Below, piece by piece: positions 59,877-64,000 of a DNA stretch of 64,000 nt. The notes beneath the pieces are model-generated. The model saw only the letters and a program-made list of their open reading frames with translations, searched no databases and was not told the DNA's origin. Within the stretch, counting starts at the first letter, position 1. Each line of letters opens with the position of its first letter. The position numbers were made by a program, and so were the translations under genes. Origin of the DNA: Candidatus Acidiferrum sp. (GTDB taxonomy: Bacteria; Acidobacteriota; Terriglobia; Acidiferrales; UBA7541); the NCBI GenBank assembly GCA_035272765.1, contig DATEQG010000028.1:14068-78067 (forward strand). Direction: 5' to 3'.

Positions 59877-60560
59877 TCAGACGTTGGGGTTGGGGCGGTA
59901 GGCGCCCATCAATCTGGCGATGAGGACAGCGAGGTAGAGAACGCCGAGAATGGCTTCGAGGACGGTGATGGAACGCGCTTGAGACGAGACCGCGGTAATG
60001 CCAGCGGCGCCGAGCGAGGTCATGGTGCCGAAACTGTAGTAAATGAAATCGAAGCGGCTGGGAACCGCGTGAAGGTTGGTGTGCGGATCGAGATAAAAGG
60101 CGGTTGGCTGTGCCGCGGCTACCATTTCGTAGAGACTGGCAAAACTGAAACCCACCAGCAGATAGATGCAGAGGGCTCCAAAGATGGTTTCGGAATTGGG
60201 CTGATCCCGGGCGAAGACGTGGCGGAAAATAACCACAACAATGAGCAAGTCAAAAACCAAGCTCAGGGCCACGTTGAATACAGAAAACGAGCTGAAGTCG
60301 GCATTGGAGATGAAGATGCGGTGGAAGAGGGTTGGGATAGCAAGGAGGATGGCGAGGACGAGTAGGCCGCGATGGATTTTGGCGGCGTAAACGCTGATGA
60401 GGATGGCGGAGCTTCCGATCACGAGAAAGGCGTAGTGGCCGAAGCGGCTGGATTGGGAATAGGGAAAGAGAATGAGTGTGGCCAAGAGAAGAAGAAAGAG
60501 AAAAAAGAATCGGTGGCCGGAGAGAGCCGGCTCCTGCTCGGACGGAGGTGCGGATGTCAT
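59877..60560 (-). CDS. Potassium-channel-family (Ion_trans_2-like) membrane protein
   Basis: IFGALCIYLL, YYSFGTMTSLG pore helix, EAILGVLYLAVLIARL; lacks GYG. Confidence 0.8.
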   Translation of the reverse strand: MTSAPPSEQEPALSGHRFFFLFLLLLATLILFPYSQSSRFGHYAFLVIGSSAILISVYAAKIHRGLLVLAILLAIPTLFHRIFISNADFSSFSVFNVALSLVFDLLIVVVIFRHVFARDQPNSETIFGALCIYLLVGFSFASLYEMVAAAQPTAFYLDPHTNLHAVPSRFDFIYYSFGTMTSLGAAGITAVSSQARSITVLEAILGVLYLAVLIARLMGAYRPNPNV

Positions 60561-60680
60561 GGAAGAGCGGGAAGCTCCGCCGGCGATGGTACACCTTTTC
60601 GGCAATTGTTCCGCGATGATAGAGGATCGGTGTCCCGTTTGGGGGACAACGCAGAATGGATCGCAACGCGGTCCGCTGAG

Positions 60681-63600
60681 CTATTTGGCTACTATTACGT
60701 TCACGGCGACATTGGCGTTGAAAGCGCCGGCGACGACGTTGAGGTTTACGACAGCGGGGCCGAGCGGAGTCAGACCTGCGCTCGAGCTGCCACCGCTGTT
60801 ACAGCCAGCAATGCTAGCCAGCAGAAAAGCAAGGATCAGCGCCGCGGAGTAAACCAAACTACGGCGGCCACTGGTGTGGCGCGCAAGCAAGAACGCCGTC
60901 AGTATTGCCAGAAGCGTTGCAAGCACGAGAAAGACTGGCGGCCAAGCTCCGGGGCCGCGGCGTGGTGGAAGAATCGGCGATGAAGCAGTGCCATTGCCGG
61001 CATCGGAGGTAATCATCTTAACGCTTACCGTGTAAATCCCTGGCTCGTTCGCAACGGGGGTGATTGTCACATTGCATACGGCAAACGGGAGACATTCGAG
61101 GACGTGAACAGCAAGCGGAACGTTAGCGAGATTGAGATTGCCGGCAAGACAGACGGTAAACGTTGCGGTAACCGAAGCTTTTTGTTGGACGGTCACAGGA
61201 GCAATGGCGCCGCCGCACGGCACAACACCCTCGACAACTTGTTCGGCGAGCGCGCTCGAAGTGCTGGAGAGAAAGGCATTCGCGTTTGAGGTGTATGCCG
61301 CCGTCAGCGAGGTCTCTCCCCCTTGTGGGAACGTCGCGATCGTCACTGAGCATGAGCCAGTGTCTGTGCCGACAGTCAGAGGCGTCGGGGAGGGAGCGCA
61401 AGCGTCGCCGAGCCCACCGTCGGTGACAACGACGGAGCCCGTTGGGATGGCGTTGCCCGATACCGGTTTGACCGTGAAGTTCACCGTGACCGGGTTTCCC
61501 ACCAACGCGACGCTCGAAGGTAAAGTCTGGCCATGGAAACTGGAACTGGTCGTAAAGGTTGTAGTCGTGCCCACTGGCGGAGCAGAATTCACAGTCAGCG
61601 ACGCAGGTGCGCTGCCCATACAGTTGTTCGCGTCGGTTGCGGCAACGGTGAGCGTGACAGTCGTTCCCCCAGCGTCCAGGGGAGGCGTACCAGAGAGCAA
61701 CCCGGTAGAGTTCATGCTCAACCACGTCGGCGCGGAGCTGACAGTCCATGTATATGGGCCGGTTCCATTGTTCGCTGAAAACTGTTCCGAATAGAGAACT
61801 CCGGCTGTCGCGTTGGGAGTCAAAGCGCCGGAAGGCGTGACCGTGATCGCCGGGCACGTTGGTGCCTGCGCTTCGTAGACGAAGACCGCTCCCGCGTTTG
61901 AATTGGATTGGAGATAGGAGATGAAGACAGTGTTGGCATTGCCGCTCAAGAGGCCAGAGAGGGCCGTCGCCTCCGACGCGCCAGATTGCGTGAACGTGTT
62001 GGTAGTCGCCGTATAGATAGGTCCGCTCGGCCAGGGCGGCGGGGTGCCTGCCGCCACGCCAAACTGGTAAACTGCGTTACTAACGGATCCCACCAAAATT
62101 ACGTTCCCGGCATCGCTAATTGATAGTTGTTCTCCAAATAATGCGTCTTGCAGAAGAACCGCTGCGGGTTCCAGACGCGTAGTTTCATTGAGTGGATTTA
62201 CACCTGCGGCCCAGCCATCCGTGGGAATGACGAATACGTAGGCCTCGCCATACTCCTCTTCATCATTCTGGTAAGGAGCTCCAATGACGACGGTATCCCC
62301 TGCGTCGTCGACGGCAGCAGCCAATCCAAACCCACTGCTGCCATTAACATCCGAATTCAGCAGATCGACGGTCTCCGTCAACGTTGGCGGCGGCGTGGCC
62401 GGATAACCTGGATTCAAGCTGCTCCAACCCTTAGAGTCCTCTTGAAACACGTACGCCTCGCCGCTGCCTCCATTTGCGCCGAACGCCCCAACAGCGACGA
62501 CCTGGTTGGACTTATTGGCACTGTTCTCGCTAATGGCCAACCCAACTCCAAAGTTATCGAAGCTCCCCGGTTGAAGGGGTTGCAGTTCTACGTTTTCGGT
62601 GAGCGTCCCCGCTCCTGCCCAACCGCCAGCCGGCTTAAGGTACATATTTACGTAGGCGTACGGCGTGCCCGTGGGAAATTCGCGGGCGACGATCGTGGAA
62701 CCATGGTAATCGATGGCAAGAGAGGTTGCGAAATAGCCTCCCTCAGACGCGCCGCTGGGCGTGAGCACGGCCACCGCCGTTAGACTCTGATTCGCTGTCG
62801 CCCAGGCGCTCTCGGCCGTAGCCGTAAATACATAGGCCTCGCCGAAGCATTCCACAAACCCGGTAGATTCAGTCTGGCAAGAGTGTTGGGGTGCGGAGAC
62901 AACTATCGTTTTTCCGTCCCCGCTAATAGCCACCGCAGTGCCGAACTGGTCCCCGATTGTTCCCTGTGCGGCGTCGGGAGCAGTCAGCGTCACTATCGGC
63001 GCCGTCACGCCAGCCCAACTGCCAGGAGTCGGTGTGGAGAAAACATAGGCTGCTCCATTCGTGGTCACGCTGCACGAGCCAGTACTGGGATCTGAGCCAC
63101 ACGCAGAAGCAACGACGACCGTACCGTCGTCGCTGACCGCCGTAGCAGTGCCGAGGAAACTATTGGCTGGCGCACCGCTCAGCTGGGCTACTTCGCTGTA
63201 GGTGGGATCGATGGTCACAGGAAACTTGGCCCCCTCAGCATCTACACGAACACGCATGGTCTGGTCTGGCGCCTCGATCCAGGAATTCAGCTCGCGGCCG
63301 GATGCGTCGTGTACGGTTAGGCCTGCGTAACGCAGCGCTGGACGACCGCTGTCGTCCAGCAAGGTCAGGGCATGGCTGTGCGAACCCTCGAGGTTCTTCC
63401 AATTTCCCTTGAGCGCAAACTCCAACGTGAGCAAGTGTTGAGTGGTGTTTTCGTTCCAAGGCGCCTTCGCGACGAGGAAGCTTTGTTCGAGCCCCAGTGG
63501 GCCGTTGACATAAGACTCGGTGAGATTCTCGCGGTCGTATTCGATGCGGTTGGCGATGGCGTGAGGCGAAACGTTGGCTGACATCTGAATTTTCTGGTCG

Positions 63601-63998
63601 TAGCCCCAGTCGGTCAAGTTCATCCCCCAGCGCGTGTCGCGCTGCTGAAGGCTGATACCCTCGTCGGCAAAGCTCGCGGTCAAGTGATTCGCGGGATTTT
63701 CCGTGTTGTAGCTGCCGGATGAATTTTTGATTTTGTAGTGCGGGTCATGTTGACCGAGGGTAGCGGACATAACCGGCACGACTCCGGATGGGAGGTGACG
63801 AGAACCGCGTGTGGGTTCGGGTCGAAGGGTTACAGGCACTTGGTCTCTTGCCGGGACATTCGTTCCCGCGATTCTGGCGGTGCTGTGCTTTATTAACGAC
63901 TTTCCTCCGGCGTATCCAGAGTGGTTACGCGCGTAATTCGCAGCGCCCAAGACTGCCGCGCCAGCAAGAACGGCAAGGCCAAGAAACCTCGGCGCAGC
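60681..63998 (-). CDS. Large secreted FG-GAP-repeat / Ig-domain surface protein (5' partial)
   Basis: Frame open to the window edge with a signal-like RFLGLAVLAGAAVLG; repeats FG..VAIS.DG..IVVGAP...GEAYVF; He_PIG-like PYTW...GLLSGTP; Big_3-like domain; C-terminal TM hairpin with AGC. Confidence 0.88.
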   Translation of the reverse strand, partial: AAPRFLGLAVLAGAAVLGAANYARNHSGYAGGKSLIKHSTARIAGTNVPARDQVPVTLRPEPTRGSRHLPSGVVPVMSATLGQHDPHYKIKNSSGSYNTENPANHLTASFADEGISLQQRDTRWGMNLTDWGYDQKIQMSANVSPHAIANRIEYDRENLTESYVNGPLGLEQSFLVAKAPWNENTTQHLLTLEFALKGNWKNLEGSHSHALTLLDDSGRPALRYAGLTVHDASGRELNSWIEAPDQTMRVRVDAEGAKFPVTIDPTYSEVAQLSGAPANSFLGTATAVSDDGTVVVASACGSDPSTGSCSVTTNGAAYVFSTPTPGSWAGVTAPIVTLTAPDAAQGTIGDQFGTAVAISGDGKTIVVSAPQHSCQTESTGFVECFGEAYVFTATAESAWATANQSLTAVAVLTPSGASEGGYFATSLAIDYHGSTIVAREFPTGTPYAYVNMYLKPAGGWAGAGTLTENVELQPLQPGSFDNFGVGLAISENSANKSNQVVAVGAFGANGGSGEAYVFQEDSKGWSSLNPGYPATPPPTLTETVDLLNSDVNGSSGFGLAAAVDDAGDTVVIGAPYQNDEEEYGEAYVFVIPTDGWAAGVNPLNETTRLEPAAVLLQDALFGEQLSISDAGNVILVGSVSNAVYQFGVAAGTPPPWPSGPIYTATTNTFTQSGASEATALSGLLSGNANTVFISYLQSNSNAGAVFVYEAQAPTCPAITVTPSGALTPNATAGVLYSEQFSANNGTGPYTWTVSSAPTWLSMNSTGLLSGTPPLDAGGTTVTLTVAATDANNCMGSAPASLTVNSAPPVGTTTTFTTSSSFHGQTLPSSVALVGNPVTVNFTVKPVSGNAIPTGSVVVTDGGLGDACAPSPTPLTVGTDTGSCSVTIATFPQGGETSLTAAYTSNANAFLSSTSSALAEQVVEGVVPCGGAIAPVTVQQKASVTATFTVCLAGNLNLANVPLAVHVLECLPFAVCNVTITPVANEPGIYTVSVKMITSDAGNGTASSPILPPRRGPGAWPPVFLVLATLLAILTAFLLARHTSGRRSLVYSAALILAFLLASIAGCNSGGSSSAGLTPLGPAVVNLNVVAGAFNANVAVNVIVAK

Positions 63999-64000
63999 AT

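Overview
Chromosomal window (~58% GC by eye) from a bacterium that looks like Acidobacteriota, judged from an Oar-like TonB-dependent receptor, Ig-rich secreted glycanases and a stand-alone PilZ-like protein. From left to right: the end of an rlpA-like gene, pyrF, selB and tatA; a ~23 kb Wzm/Wzt-dependent surface-glycan locus with 9 methyltransferase genes, 5 glycosyltransferases, gmd, fcl and a carbamoyltransferase; an ABC exporter, an orphan histidine kinase, tRNA-Ser(UGA), a GH10 xylanase and an Ig lipoprotein; an 8-gene operon (SPFH, SpeD-like, two DUF4178, a GGK-tail peptide, DUF350, membrane SpeE, Tat flavin oxidase); msrPQ, PilZ-like, GH44, TonB receptor, M20 peptidase, HU, cytochrome c, TPR and MFS genes; two toxin-antitoxin pairs, a channel-like protein and a partial FG-GAP surface protein. 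Three candidates for undescribed biology stand out. (1) Two unrelated secreted proteins end in the same architecture: an Ig fold split by a transmembrane hairpin carrying an internal lipobox, with exactly 39 residues after the Cys in both. This suggests a C-terminal lipid-anchoring/sorting system. (2) A dispersed element occurs twice, 53 kb apart, with its own sigma70 promoter, a leaderless start codon 5 nt after the -10 box, 39-bp (13-codon) FRIRT repeats and a G-rich box. (3) The membrane-associated aminopropyl-transfer operon includes a small peptide ending in GGK, a possible substrate. All calls come from reading motifs by eye; no searches were run.
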